DNA of 32,000 nucleotides from Pseudomonas aeruginosa. GTDB lineage: Bacteria; Pseudomonadota; Gammaproteobacteria; Pseudomonadales; Pseudomonadaceae. How positions within the stretch are numbered: position 1 is the stretch's first letter; each line of letters starts with the position of its first letter. Both the position numbers and the translations under genes were made by a program. Location: NCBI RefSeq assembly GCF_001457615.1, contig NZ_LN831024.1, positions 5,610,001 to 5,642,000 on the forward strand. Direction: 5' to 3'. Below, piece after piece: positions 20,387-29,968 of the stretch. The notes below the pieces were generated by a model that was given only the letters and a program-made list of their open reading frames with translations, made no database searches and was not told the DNA's origin.

Positions 20387-21835
20387 ATGCTGCGCAGACT
20401 CTCCCTGGCGGCCGCCGTGGCCGCTGCTACCGGTGTCGCCTGGGCCGCCCAGCCGACCCCGCTGCCGACCAAGACCGACCTGATCAGCGTCTACAAGGAA
20501 GCCGTCGACAACAACGCCGACCTCGCCGCCGCCCAGGCCGACTACCTGGCGCGCAAGGAAGTGGTGCCCCAGGCCCGCGCCGGCCTGCTGCCGCAACTCG
20601 GCGCCGGCGGCCGTATCGGCGACTCACGGGTCGCTCTCGACGAACCGGCCGCCACGGTCAAACGCAGCAGTCATGTGGTCCAGGCCAGCCTCAGCCAGCC
20701 GCTGTTCCGCGCCGACCGCTGGTTCCAGTGGCAGGCCGCCAAGGAAACCAGCGACCAGGCCAAGCTGGAATTCTCCGCGACCCAGCAGGACCTGATCCTG
20801 CGCAGCGCCGAGACCTACTTCACGGTGCTCCGCGCCCAGGACAACCTGGCCACCAGCAAGGCCGAGGAAGCCGCCTTCAAGCGTCAATTGGACCAGGCCA
20901 ACGAGCGCTTCGACGTGGGCCTTTCCGACAAGACCGACGTACTCGAGGCCCAGGCCAGCTACGACACCGCCCGCGCCAACCGGCTGATCGCCGAACAGCG
21001 CGTGGACGATGCCTTCCAGGCCCTGGTGACCCTGACCAACCGCGACTACAGCGCCATCGAGGGCATGCGCCACACCCTGCCGGTGGTGCCGCCGGCGCCG
21101 AACGACGCCAAGGCCTGGGTCGACACCGCGGTGCAGCAGAACCTGCGCCTGCTGGCCAGCAACTACGCGGTCAACGCCGCCGAGGAAACCCTCCGCCAGC
21201 GCAAGGCCGGGCACCTGCCGACCCTCGATGCCGTGGCCCAGTACCAGAAGGGCGACAACGACGCCCTCGGCTTCGCCAACAGCGCCGCCAATCCGCTGGT
21301 GCACTACGGCAAGGATGTCGAGGAACGCACGATTGGCCTGGAACTGAACATCCCGATCTACAGCGGCGGCCTGACCTCCTCCCAGGTCCGCGAGTCCTAC
21401 CAGCGCCTCAACCAGAGCGAGCAATCCCGCGAAGGCCAGCGCCGCCAGGTGGTGCAGGATACCCGCAACCTGCACCGCGCGGTGAATACCGACGTCGAGC
21501 AGGTCCAGGCGCGGCGCCAGGCGATCATCTCCAACCAGAGTTCGCTGGAAGCCACCGAGATCGGCTACCAGGTCGGCACCCGCAACATCGTCGACGTGCT
21601 CAACGCCCAGCGCCAGCTGTACGCCGCCGTGCGCGACTACAACAACAGCCGCTACGACTACATCCTCGATACCCTGCGCCTGAAGCAGGCGGCCGGCACC
21701 CTCAGCCCGGCCGACCTGGAGGCGCTCAGCGCCTACCTGAAGCAGGACTACGATCCGGACAAGGACTTCCTCCCGCCGGACCTGGCCAAGGCCGCCGCCG
21801 AGCAGTTACAGAGCAAGCCGCGCCAGCAGTACTAG
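20387..21835 (+). CDS. opmH: TolC-family outer membrane channel protein
   Basis: 482 aa; signal peptide MLRRLSLAAAVAAATGVAWA; SLSQPLFRADRW, AQRQLYAAVRDYNNSRYDYILDTLRLKQAAGTLSPADL. Confidence 0.93.
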   Translation: MLRRLSLAAAVAAATGVAWAAQPTPLPTKTDLISVYKEAVDNNADLAAAQADYLARKEVVPQARAGLLPQLGAGGRIGDSRVALDEPAATVKRSSHVVQASLSQPLFRADRWFQWQAAKETSDQAKLEFSATQQDLILRSAETYFTVLRAQDNLATSKAEEAAFKRQLDQANERFDVGLSDKTDVLEAQASYDTARANRLIAEQRVDDAFQALVTLTNRDYSAIEGMRHTLPVVPPAPNDAKAWVDTAVQQNLRLLASNYAVNAAEETLRQRKAGHLPTLDAVAQYQKGDNDALGFANSAANPLVHYGKDVEERTIGLELNIPIYSGGLTSSQVRESYQRLNQSEQSREGQRRQVVQDTRNLHRAVNTDVEQVQARRQAIISNQSSLEATEIGYQVGTRNIVDVLNAQRQLYAAVRDYNNSRYDYILDTLRLKQAAGTLSPADLEALSAYLKQDYDPDKDFLPPDLAKAAAEQLQSKPRQQY

Positions 21836-21843
21836 CACGAGCC

Positions 21844-21869
21844 AAGACGCCCCCGGTCGGGGGCGTCTT
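21844..21869. terminator. Bidirectional intrinsic terminator
   Basis: aagacgccccc-ggtc-gggggcgtctt, 11 bp perfect stem just after the opmH stop. Confidence 0.85.
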
Positions 21870-21900
21870 CGCTTGACTGGCCTGGTGCGCGTCGCCCGGG

Positions 21901-22605
21901 TCAGCGCGCCAGCGGCTGGAGCAGCGCGTCGAACTGCTCCAGCCGCGGGAACCGCAGGGGTTCATCCTGCTCGAGATTTTCCAGCCGCGCCCGGTAGGCG
22001 CGCAGGAAGTTGCCGCGCGCTTCCTCGCTGATGTATGGCACGTGCCAGGCGACGAAGGGCTCCAGCACCTGCATGCCGACATAGGCCAGGGTGCCGCGCA
22101 GGATCGGCCGCAGCATGTCCTCCAGCGGTCCGTGGACGGCACCCTCGCCGAACATGTGCTGGCGCCCGCCCAGGGTCAGGCTGACCAGAGCCTTCTTGCC
22201 GGCCAGGCCACCCTGGTCGTAGAAGCGCTTGCCGCCATAGCAGACCCCGGACACCAGTACCCGGTCGAACCACCCCTTGAGGATCGCCGGCACCGAGAAC
22301 CAGTAGATCGGAAAGTTGAGGATCAGCAGGTCAGCCCACAACAGCTTGTCCAGCTCGGCCTGGATGTCGGCGGCCAGGCTCTGGCGCTTGACGCTCTCGC
22401 GCTGCTCCAGGGCGTACACCAGGTAGTCAGGATCGGCGCGCTCGGCGAAGTCGGCGGCACTGGCCACCGGATTCCAGTTCATCGCGTAGAGATCCGAGAC
22501 CTGCACCGCGTGGCCCTGGCCTGCCAGGGTCTCGCATGCCTGGTCGCAGAGCGCGCGGGTGAAGGATTGCGGTTCGTTGTGGGCGTGGACGATCAGTACG
22601 TTCAT
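21901..22605 (-). CDS. NAD(P)H dehydrogenase (quinone)/modulator of drug activity-like flavodoxin-fold protein
   Basis: 234 aa from ATG 22605; MNVLIVHAHNEPQSFTRAL, LNFPIYWFSVPAILKGWFDRVLVSGVCYG. The 446 aa track ORF runs upstream across the intergenic space. Confidence 0.85.
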   Translation of the reverse strand: MNVLIVHAHNEPQSFTRALCDQACETLAGQGHAVQVSDLYAMNWNPVASAADFAERADPDYLVYALEQRESVKRQSLAADIQAELDKLLWADLLILNFPIYWFSVPAILKGWFDRVLVSGVCYGGKRFYDQGGLAGKKALVSLTLGGRQHMFGEGAVHGPLEDMLRPILRGTLAYVGMQVLEPFVAWHVPYISEEARGNFLRAYRARLENLEQDEPLRFPRLEQFDALLQPLAR

Positions 22606-22655
22606 CGTGGTTTCCGAATCGTGGTGACCGGCCGCATCGCTCGCGGCCGAGGGTT

Positions 22656-23837
22656 TCAGGCCTGGCCGAGCAACTCGGCGGCGCACAGCGCGATGCGCCG
22701 ACAGGCTTCGCGCAGCGGTTCGGCGCCCAACACCAGGCCGAGGCGGATGTGACCGGCGGCGCTCGGACCGAAGGCTTCGCCGGCGAGCACCGATACGCCA
22801 TGGCGGTCCAGCAGGCGGTCGGCGAAGGCCTGGGCGGAAAGTCCGGTGGGGCGGATGTCGACCATCACGAACATGCCGCCGTCCGGGCGTAGTGGACGCA
22901 GGCCGGGGCTGTCGGCCAGGCACTCGATTACCAGGTCGCGGCGGCGGCGGTAGGCCTCGCGCATCGCCTCCAACTCCGGCAGCGGCGCTTCCAGCGCAGT
23001 GCAGGCGGCATCCTGGATGAATTCCGGCGAGCCATAGAGCATGCACAGGGCGAGGTTCTCCAGGTGCGCGCAGAGTGCTGCGGGACCGACCACCCAGCCG
23101 ACCCGCCAGCCGGTCATGGCGTGGGATTTCGACAGGCTGTTGAGGGTCGCGGTACGTTCGGCCATCCCCGGCAGGCTGGCCGGGCTGACGTGCTCGCCGT
23201 CGAACAGCAGTTCGCTGTAGACCTCGTCGGAGATCATCCACAGGTCATGGGCCATGCACAGCTCGGCCAGGGCTTCCCAGGTGATCCGCGGCAGGCTGGC
23301 GCCGGACGGGTTGTGCGGGCTGTTCAGCGCCATCGCGCGAGTGCGCGGGGTGATCAGTGCGGCGACCTCCTCGGCCTGCACGCGGAAGCCATTCTCGGAG
23401 CGCACCGGCACCGGCACCACCCGCGCGCCACAGGCGCCGAACACCGCTTCGTAGGTGACGTACATCGGCTCGGCGACTATCACCTCGTCGCCCGGATTCA
23501 GCAGGCACTGCACCACCGCGTACAGCGCGCATTGGGCACCTGCCAGCACCACCACCTGCTCCGCGTCCACCGCCTGGCCGCTGCGCCGCCGGTGGCGCTC
23601 GGCGATGCGCTGGCGCAGGGCGCGCTTGCCGCGCACGTCGGCGTAGTGGGTGTTGCCGGCCAGCAGGCTGTCGATGGCCGCCTGGACGATGGGCGCCGGG
23701 GTATCGAAGTCGGGGTCGCCGACCGACAGCAGGAGGATTTCCTCGCCCTGCTCGACCCGCGCCAGCGCGCGATAGTGGATGTCCCAGGCAGCGGCGCCGT
23801 CGCCGGCGATACGTTGAGTGAAGTCGGAATAGCGCAT
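22656..23837 (-). CDS. aruH: PLP-dependent aminotransferase, arginine:pyruvate transaminase
   Basis: 393 aa; ALNSPHNPSG, TLNSLSKSHAMTGWRVGW; adjacent to aruI; RBS AAGGAG. Confidence 0.85.
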   Translation of the reverse strand: MRYSDFTQRIAGDGAAAWDIHYRALARVEQGEEILLLSVGDPDFDTPAPIVQAAIDSLLAGNTHYADVRGKRALRQRIAERHRRRSGQAVDAEQVVVLAGAQCALYAVVQCLLNPGDEVIVAEPMYVTYEAVFGACGARVVPVPVRSENGFRVQAEEVAALITPRTRAMALNSPHNPSGASLPRITWEALAELCMAHDLWMISDEVYSELLFDGEHVSPASLPGMAERTATLNSLSKSHAMTGWRVGWVVGPAALCAHLENLALCMLYGSPEFIQDAACTALEAPLPELEAMREAYRRRRDLVIECLADSPGLRPLRPDGGMFVMVDIRPTGLSAQAFADRLLDRHGVSVLAGEAFGPSAAGHIRLGLVLGAEPLREACRRIALCAAELLGQA

Positions 23838-23859
23838 GGATGCTCTCCTTGTCCGGCGG

Positions 23860-25470
23860 TCAGCGCGCGCAGGCGTGCCGCAGTTCGATCAGGGTCACGC
23901 CGGGCTGCCCGAAGCCGGCGCGCAGGTCGCGCTCCAGTTCGTCCAGGTCCTGCGGCTGGCGCACCGCGCAACCGTAGGCGCGGCCCAGCAGGGCGAAGTC
24001 GGGGTTGCGCGGCAGCACGCCGACCGGCTCGATGTCCAGGCCGAGCATGTCGTCGCGGATCTGGCCGAGCGCGTCGTTGTTCCACAGTAGCACCACCAGC
24101 GGACTGTCCAGTTCCTCGCTGGCGGTGGCCAGTTCCTGCGCGGTGTAGAGGAAGCCGCCATCGCCGACCAGCACCAGGCCCGGGCGCTGCGGGGCGCCGA
24201 GCTTGGCGCCGATGCCGGCCGGCAGGCCGTAGCCGAGGGTGCCGTAGCCGGTGGGATGCAGCCAGCTGCGCGGCGCTCGGCTGGCGAACGCGTAGTTGCC
24301 GGTATAGGCCAGTTGGGTCATGTCGGTGCTGACGAACGCATCGGCCGGCAGCGCGGCGGCGATCCGGTCGAGGATCGCCTGGTGCAGCGCCTGCAGCGGC
24401 GCGTGTGCCGCGCGGATCTCCGCGCGCAGGCGCGCCACCCTCGCGGCGGCCGGCGCGGCGTCGCGGGCCTCCTGCGGCAGGCGCGCCAGCAGCGCCTCAA
24501 GGGTCTGCCGGGCATCGCCCCTGAGCGCTACGGCAGAGGGATAGAAGTCGTTGAACTTGCGCGGGTCGATATCGACGCGGATCAGTTCGCCGGACAGCGG
24601 CAGGCGTTCGCGCCAGAAGTCGGTGTCGGCCATCTCGGTGCCCACCGCCAGCACCAGATCGGCCTCGGCGATCATCTCCCAGCCCGGCGCTACGCACAGG
24701 CTGGCCCCGGCGTTGAGCGGCGCGTCCGGCGGCAGCAGGCCCTTGCCGGCGACGCTGGTGAACAGCGGCGCGGCCAGGCGCTCGCTCAGCGCGGCAAGCG
24801 CATCGCCGGCCGCCAGCGCGCCGCCGCCGGCGATGAGCATTGGTCGCCGGGCCGCAGCCAGGCGCTCCGCCGCCGCCCGCAATGCCTCGGTGCACGGCAC
24901 GCCACGACCAGGGCGGCGCGCCACGGCAGCGCTCCAGTCATGGGCCACCGGCGCGGCGAGCACGTCGAGCGGGATCGAGATATGCACCGGGCGCGGACGC
25001 TCGCTGTCGAACACCGCGTAGGCCCGGGCGATCAGTTCGGGCAGCTGTTCCGGGCTCAAGGCCAGGGCGGAGAAGGCAGTGATCGGCGCGGTCATGGCAC
25101 GCTGGTCCTGGGTCTCGTGCAGGCAGCCCCAGCCCTTGCCCAGGCTGGCGCTGTGGTTGACGCTGGAAATCACCAGCAGCGGCACCGAGTCGGCGTAGGC
25201 CTGGCCGATGGCGGTGGCGACGTTGGTCACGCCCGGCCCGGTGATGACGAAGCACACTCCCGGCTTGCCGCTGACCCGCGCATAACCGTCGGCCATGAAG
25301 CCGGCGCCCTGCTCGTGGCGGGTCAGCACGTGGCGGATGCCGCTGCCCGGAAGTCCGCGGTACAGCTCCAGGGTATGCACGCCGGGGATGCCGAAAACGG
25401 TATCCACGCCGTAGTTGGCCAGCAAGCGGACCAGGGCCTGGCCGGCGGTGAGGGTCTTCTGTGGTTGCAT
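23860..25470 (-). CDS. aruI: TPP-dependent 2-ketoarginine decarboxylase
   Basis: 536 aa from ATG 25470 (upstream GAGG); VFGIPGVHTLELYRG, RHEQGAGFMADGYARVSG, VLVGDGGFLYTAQELATA. Adjacent to aruH. Confidence 0.85.
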   Translation of the reverse strand: MQPQKTLTAGQALVRLLANYGVDTVFGIPGVHTLELYRGLPGSGIRHVLTRHEQGAGFMADGYARVSGKPGVCFVITGPGVTNVATAIGQAYADSVPLLVISSVNHSASLGKGWGCLHETQDQRAMTAPITAFSALALSPEQLPELIARAYAVFDSERPRPVHISIPLDVLAAPVAHDWSAAVARRPGRGVPCTEALRAAAERLAAARRPMLIAGGGALAAGDALAALSERLAAPLFTSVAGKGLLPPDAPLNAGASLCVAPGWEMIAEADLVLAVGTEMADTDFWRERLPLSGELIRVDIDPRKFNDFYPSAVALRGDARQTLEALLARLPQEARDAAPAAARVARLRAEIRAAHAPLQALHQAILDRIAAALPADAFVSTDMTQLAYTGNYAFASRAPRSWLHPTGYGTLGYGLPAGIGAKLGAPQRPGLVLVGDGGFLYTAQELATASEELDSPLVVLLWNNDALGQIRDDMLGLDIEPVGVLPRNPDFALLGRAYGCAVRQPQDLDELERDLRAGFGQPGVTLIELRHACAR

Positions 25471-25531
25471 GGGCAATATCCTCGTCCAGTTCGGCGACCA
25501 TCGGAGTCGCCGTTCGCGCCGCAGCGCTCTT

Positions 25532-25561
25532 GCTCCCATTCCCACAAGCGGGAGGGGGAGC
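25532..25561. other. Intercistronic hairpin between the acyl-CoA synthetase gene and aruI
   Basis: gctcccattccc-acaagc-gggagggggagc; 12-position stem with one A:G mismatch and one G.T pair; no strong U-tract. Confidence 0.5.
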
Positions 25562-25580
25562 CGTCGTGTCCCCCCGGCCT

Positions 25581-27671
25581 TCAGCCATTGGCCAGCCGGA
25601 TCAACGCATCCACCGCCAGCGCTCCCTCGGCATCCGCCAGCAACGGATTGACGTCCAGCTCCAGCAAGCGCTCGGCATGTTCGCAGGCGAATTCGGCGAC
25701 CGCGCGGATCGCCGCCACCAGGGCCTCCATGCACACTGCCGGGCGACCGCGGAAGCCGCTGAGCAACGGCGCGCTGCGCAGGCTCAGCAGGGCATCGCGG
25801 ATCGCCGCGTCGGTGGTTGGCAGGAGCAGGCTGCGACTGTCACGCAGCAGCTCCACGAGTATCCCGCCGGCACCGATCACCAATGCCAGGCCGAAGCCCT
25901 CCTCGCGCTTGACCCCGACGATCAGCTCGGCCAGCGGCGCGCCAGCCATGCGCTCCAATAACACACGCTCGAAGACCAGTTGCGGCGCGTGCCGGGCCAG
26001 GCTTTCGCGCATGTCGAACAATGCCGCCTCCAACGCCGCCTCGTTGCGTAGGCCGAGCGCCACGCCACCGGCCTCGGTCTTGTGCGGCAGTGCGGCGCTG
26101 ACCGCCTTGAGCACCAGCGGGAAGCCGAGGTCGAGGGCCGCTTCGCGGGCCTGGCCGGGGGTGCTCAGCACCCCCTGGGGCAGTGGCAGGCCGAAGGGTT
26201 TCAGCGCCTGCTTGGATTGCCACTCGTCGAGCAGGTAGCCGTCGCCCGCCAGCGGCCCTGGGCAGATCGGCACCAACGCCGCCTCACCGCGCTCCAGCAG
26301 CGCCGCGCGGCGCTGGCGGTAGCGGGCGATCCGTCCCCAGGCGGCGAGACCATCCTCGACGCCCTGCAGCGCGGCGACGCCCTCGCCGTGCAACAGCTCG
26401 CGGGCCCGGGCCGGCAGCAGTTCCGGGAACGCCGAGGCGATGAAGCCGACTTTGCCGTGGCGCTTCAGCGCGGCGCAGTAGCGTTGCAGAAGCAGGTCGC
26501 ACTGCGGCCGCTCGCCGGTTTCCTCGCCCGGATAGTCGAGCACCAGCAGGGCGGCGTCGGCAGGGCTGCGCAGAGCGCTGTCGAGCATTTCCTCCAGGGC
26601 CGCGGCATCGCCCCAGATAGCGGTGGTGAAGTCCAGCGGGTTGGCGATGTTGGCGTAGTCGGGCAGTACCCCGGCCAGTTCGTCGCGCTGTCCGGCGTCG
26701 AAAGACGGCAACCCCAGGCCGTTGCGCTCGGCGTAGTCAGCGATCAACCCGGCGTCGCCGCCGGAACAGGCCAGCGCGACCAGGCTCGGCCCGCCAGGCA
26801 GGTGGCCGCAGGCGGCGGCCTTGAGGGTTTCGACGAAGCTCACCGGGCCGCTCACACGGATTACCCCGAGGCGCTCGAACAGGCTGTCGTAGAGCGCGTC
26901 GGAACCGGCCAGGGAACTGGTGTGGCTGAGCGCGAGGGCAGCACCGATCTTCGACACTCCGGTCTTCAGGGCGATCACCGGCACGCCTTTCTGCAACGCC
27001 TTGTAGGCCGCGCGGGCGAACCCCGGGACGTTCTTCAGACCTTCCAGATGCAGGCCGATGGCAGTCACCCGCGGCTCGTCGAGCAGCACGTCCATCAGCT
27101 CGGCGATGCCCAGCTGCGCCTGGTTGCCCACCGATGCCATATAGGCCACCGGCAGCGAACGGTCGCTCATCGACAGGTTGTAGGCGAAGTTGCCGCTCTG
27201 CGTCAGCACCGCGACGCCCCGCTCCACCTGCCGACCGCCATGTGCCACCGGCCATAGCGCGGCGCCGTGCAGGTAGTCGAGCAAGCCGTAGCAGTTCGGG
27301 CCGAGCAGCGCCATTTCGCCGGCGGCGGCCAGCAGCCGGCGTTGCAAGGCCAGGCCCTGTTCGCCGGTTTCGGCGAAGCCGGAGGCATAGCAGATCGCCC
27401 CGCCGGCGCCTTTGGCGGCGAGCGCGGCGACCGCGTCGAGGGTCAGTTCGCGGTTGGTGGCGACGAACGCCGCGTCCGGGCCGCACGGCAGGTCGGCGAC
27501 GCTGGCCACGCAGGGTGCGCCTTCGAGTTCGGCGTGCTGCGGATTGACCAGCCACAACTGGCCGGCGAAACCGCCTTCGGCACAGCGTTTCAGGGCACGC
27601 GCCATGCTACGGCCGCCAATGAAGGCGAGATGCCTGGGTGCCAGCAGGCGCTTGAGGTTTTCACGATTCAT
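25581..27671 (-). CDS. NDP-forming acyl-CoA synthetase (CoA-binding + ligase + ATP-grasp domains)
   Basis: 696 aa; RHLAFIGG, GAICYASGF, LLGPNCYG, LTQSGNFAYN, ACSGGDAGLIAD, VLKAVSAALPHKTEAGGVALGLRN. Confidence 0.85.
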   Translation of the reverse strand: MNRENLKRLLAPRHLAFIGGRSMARALKRCAEGGFAGQLWLVNPQHAELEGAPCVASVADLPCGPDAAFVATNRELTLDAVAALAAKGAGGAICYASGFAETGEQGLALQRRLLAAAGEMALLGPNCYGLLDYLHGAALWPVAHGGRQVERGVAVLTQSGNFAYNLSMSDRSLPVAYMASVGNQAQLGIAELMDVLLDEPRVTAIGLHLEGLKNVPGFARAAYKALQKGVPVIALKTGVSKIGAALALSHTSSLAGSDALYDSLFERLGVIRVSGPVSFVETLKAAACGHLPGGPSLVALACSGGDAGLIADYAERNGLGLPSFDAGQRDELAGVLPDYANIANPLDFTTAIWGDAAALEEMLDSALRSPADAALLVLDYPGEETGERPQCDLLLQRYCAALKRHGKVGFIASAFPELLPARARELLHGEGVAALQGVEDGLAAWGRIARYRQRRAALLERGEAALVPICPGPLAGDGYLLDEWQSKQALKPFGLPLPQGVLSTPGQAREAALDLGFPLVLKAVSAALPHKTEAGGVALGLRNEAALEAALFDMRESLARHAPQLVFERVLLERMAGAPLAELIVGVKREEGFGLALVIGAGGILVELLRDSRSLLLPTTDAAIRDALLSLRSAPLLSGFRGRPAVCMEALVAAIRAVAEFACEHAERLLELDVNPLLADAEGALAVDALIRLANG

Positions 27672-27702
27672 GTCGGTTCTCGATTCGGAACATGGCAGCC
27701 TT

Positions 27703-27727
27703 CCCCTCTCCCCTGGAGGGAGAGGGG
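27703..27727. terminator. Hairpin downstream of the acyl-CoA dehydrogenase gene
   Basis: CCCCTCTCCC-ctgga-GGGAGAGGGG, 10 bp perfect stem between stop at 27738 and next start at 27671. Confidence 0.5.
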
Positions 27728-27737
27728 AGCCAGGACT

Positions 27738-28898
27738 TCAACGCAGCAACGGCCGCAGCAGTTCGCGGGAAACGATGTGCCGCTGGATTTCCGAAGTGCC
27801 CTCCCAGATCCGTTCGATCCGCGCGTTGCGCCAGATGCGCTCGACCGGTCCTTCATCCATCAGGCCCATGCCGCCGAAGATCTGCACCGCTTCGTCGGCG
27901 ACCTTGCCGAGGGTCTCGCTGGCGAACAGCTTGGCCATGCCGGCCTCGCCGTCGGTCATGGTGCCCTGGTCCATCTTCCAGGCGGTGTGCAGGGTCATCA
28001 GCTCGGCGGCGCGGATCTGCGTGGCCATGTCGGCGAGCTTGAAGGAAACGCCCTGGTAGCTGCCGATCGGCTGGCCGAACTGCTTGCGATCGGCCGCCCA
28101 GCGCAGCGACAGGTCGAGGGCGCGCTGGGCCTGGCCGACGCAGTTGGCGGCGACCATCACCCGTCCGGCGGTGAGCCAGGCGTTGGCCACTTCCCAGCCC
28201 TTGCCGACCTCGCCGAGCACCTTGGAGGCCGGCACCCGGCAATCGTCGAAGAAGATCTCGTAGGTGTGGTAGCCACGGTTGCTCACGCATTTCGGCCCGC
28301 GGCGCACGGTCATCCCGGGCGTGCCCTTGTCCACCAGGAAGGCGGTCACCGCGTTGCGCTTGCGGCCGTTGTGCTCGTAGCTGTCGGTGACGGCGAAGAC
28401 GATGGCGAAGTCGGCGTGCCCGGCGTGGCTGATGAAGTGCTTGCTACCGTTGATCACGAAGGCGTCGCCGTCGCGCACCGCGCGGGTCTTGATCGAATTG
28501 GCGTCGGAGCCGGCGCCCGGCTCGGTGAGGGCGAAGCAATCGGTCTTTTCGCCCTGCACGCAGGGCAACAGGTAGTCGCCGAGCTGTTCTCCGGTGCAGG
28601 CCATGAGGATCTTCGAGGGCCGCGCGACGAATACGTGGAGGGCCCAGGAGACCTTCGACAGCTCGCGTTCGACCAGCGCCTGGGACAGGTAGTCGAGGCC
28701 GCCGCCGCCCACTTCCTCGGGCATGTTGAAGGCATAGAAACCGGCGGCGAGGGCCTTGCCGCGAATCTGTGCGGCCAGCTCCGGCGACACCGCGTCGGCG
28801 CGGTCGACATCGTCCTCGTGGGGCAGCAGATCCTTCTCGACGAAGCTGCGCACCGCCTCGACCAGCATGTCCTGTTCCTGGGTCAGCCTGAAATCCAT
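27738..28898 (-). CDS. Acyl-CoA dehydrogenase
   Basis: 386 aa from ATG 28898 (GTG at 28907 also possible); CFALTEPGAGSDANSIKT, DGDAFVINGSKHFIS, QIFGGMGLMDEGPVERIWRNARIERIWEGTSEIQR. Confidence 0.92.
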   Translation of the reverse strand: MDFRLTQEQDMLVEAVRSFVEKDLLPHEDDVDRADAVSPELAAQIRGKALAAGFYAFNMPEEVGGGGLDYLSQALVERELSKVSWALHVFVARPSKILMACTGEQLGDYLLPCVQGEKTDCFALTEPGAGSDANSIKTRAVRDGDAFVINGSKHFISHAGHADFAIVFAVTDSYEHNGRKRNAVTAFLVDKGTPGMTVRRGPKCVSNRGYHTYEIFFDDCRVPASKVLGEVGKGWEVANAWLTAGRVMVAANCVGQAQRALDLSLRWAADRKQFGQPIGSYQGVSFKLADMATQIRAAELMTLHTAWKMDQGTMTDGEAGMAKLFASETLGKVADEAVQIFGGMGLMDEGPVERIWRNARIERIWEGTSEIQRHIVSRELLRPLLR

Positions 28899-28918
28899 GG
28901 GAATCACCTGCTCGGCGC

Positions 28919-29710
28919 CTAGCGCCCGCTGAATTGAGGGGAACGTTTCTCGGCCACGGCGCGCAGCGCCTCGGCGGCATCCTCGCTGCGCCCGCAGAGC
29001 AGCCCGGCGGCCTGCTCGGCCCGCAACTGCTCGGCCAGCGAGCGCCCGGCGCCGTCGCGCAGCAGGCGCTTGGTCTGGGCGAAGGCGAAGGTCGGGCCGC
29101 TGGCGAGACGCGCGGCGAAGGCGCCGACCGTCTCAACCAGGTGCTCGTCGGCGACCACCTCGCCGACCAGTCCGGCGCCCAGGGCTCGCTCCGCGCTCCA
29201 GGCTTCGTCGAGGAACAGCAGGCGCTTGGCCGCCTCGCTGCCAAGCAGCCGTGGCAGATGCCAACTGGCGCCGGCGTCCGGGCAGTAGGCCATGCCGGTG
29301 TAGCCGGCCTTGAAGCGCGCCGAGGCGGCGGCGATGCGGAAATCGCAGCACAGCGCCAGGTCCATGCCAGCGCCCACGGCGCTGCCGTTGACGGCGGCGA
29401 CTGTGGGTTTGTCAAGGGCGTGCAGGCGCCCCATCAGGGCGTGGGCGGCCTCGGTCCAGCCATAGCTTTCCAGCTCGCCACGGGCTTCAGCCGCCGCCCA
29501 TTCGGCGAGATCGGCCCCGGCGCAGAAGCTGCGTCCGCTGCCGCCGAGGACCACGGCGCGCACTGCCGGGTCGCGCTCGCAGGCATCGAGTCGGACGTGC
29601 AGGGCCTCCAGGGTGGGGATATCCAGTGCATTGCGCTGTTGCGGACGATTCAGGACGAGCCAGGCGATCCCGGCTTCGACCCGCGTCTGCAATGGGGAAA
29701 GGTCAGTCAT
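28919..29710 (-). CDS. Enoyl-CoA hydratase/isomerase family protein
   Basis: 263 aa; ALDIPTLEALHVRL, VLGGSGRSFCAGADLAEWA, AAVNGSAVGAGMDLALCCDFRIA. Confidence 0.92.
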   Translation of the reverse strand: MTDLSPLQTRVEAGIAWLVLNRPQQRNALDIPTLEALHVRLDACERDPAVRAVVLGGSGRSFCAGADLAEWAAAEARGELESYGWTEAAHALMGRLHALDKPTVAAVNGSAVGAGMDLALCCDFRIAAASARFKAGYTGMAYCPDAGASWHLPRLLGSEAAKRLLFLDEAWSAERALGAGLVGEVVADEHLVETVGAFAARLASGPTFAFAQTKRLLRDGAGRSLAEQLRAEQAAGLLCGRSEDAAEALRAVAEKRSPQFSGR

Positions 29711-29921
29711 GCGGCCCTCGTTCTTATTGTTGGTTGATGGCGATCGCGGCTTTCAGGCAATACTAAACACTCGTTCAACAAGACCACAATCCACCCATTC
29801 GGGTGTATGTAACGGCCCTGCGGCAGGCGCAAAGCCACACGCCATGCGATCCGCCGAAAAGCGGCGAAGGCCCGCGCGAGCCGGCTGTTACAACTTCGAA
29901 CAAACCAACCAGGCGAAAACG

Positions 29922-29948
29922 AAAACGCCCGCCGGATGCGGCGGGCGT
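29922..29948 (-). terminator. Intrinsic terminator after the permease gene
   Basis: Minus strand: ACGCCCGCC-gcat-CCGGCGGGCGTtttcgttttc; GC-rich stem followed by T-rich tract. Confidence 0.8.
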
Positions 29949-29968
29949 CGGGTCCTGCGAATGGCCGT

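Noticed and set aside
20353-21876. 507 aa ORF in alternate frame of opmH
   Set aside because: Pro/Arg/Gly-rich frameshift translation; the TolC frame has a signal peptide and family motifs.
24256-28922. Plus-strand ORFs of 660, 391 and 551 aa across aruI to the acyl-CoA dehydrogenase
   Set aside because: Antisense to well-supported enzymes; long openness is expected from third-position GC bias.
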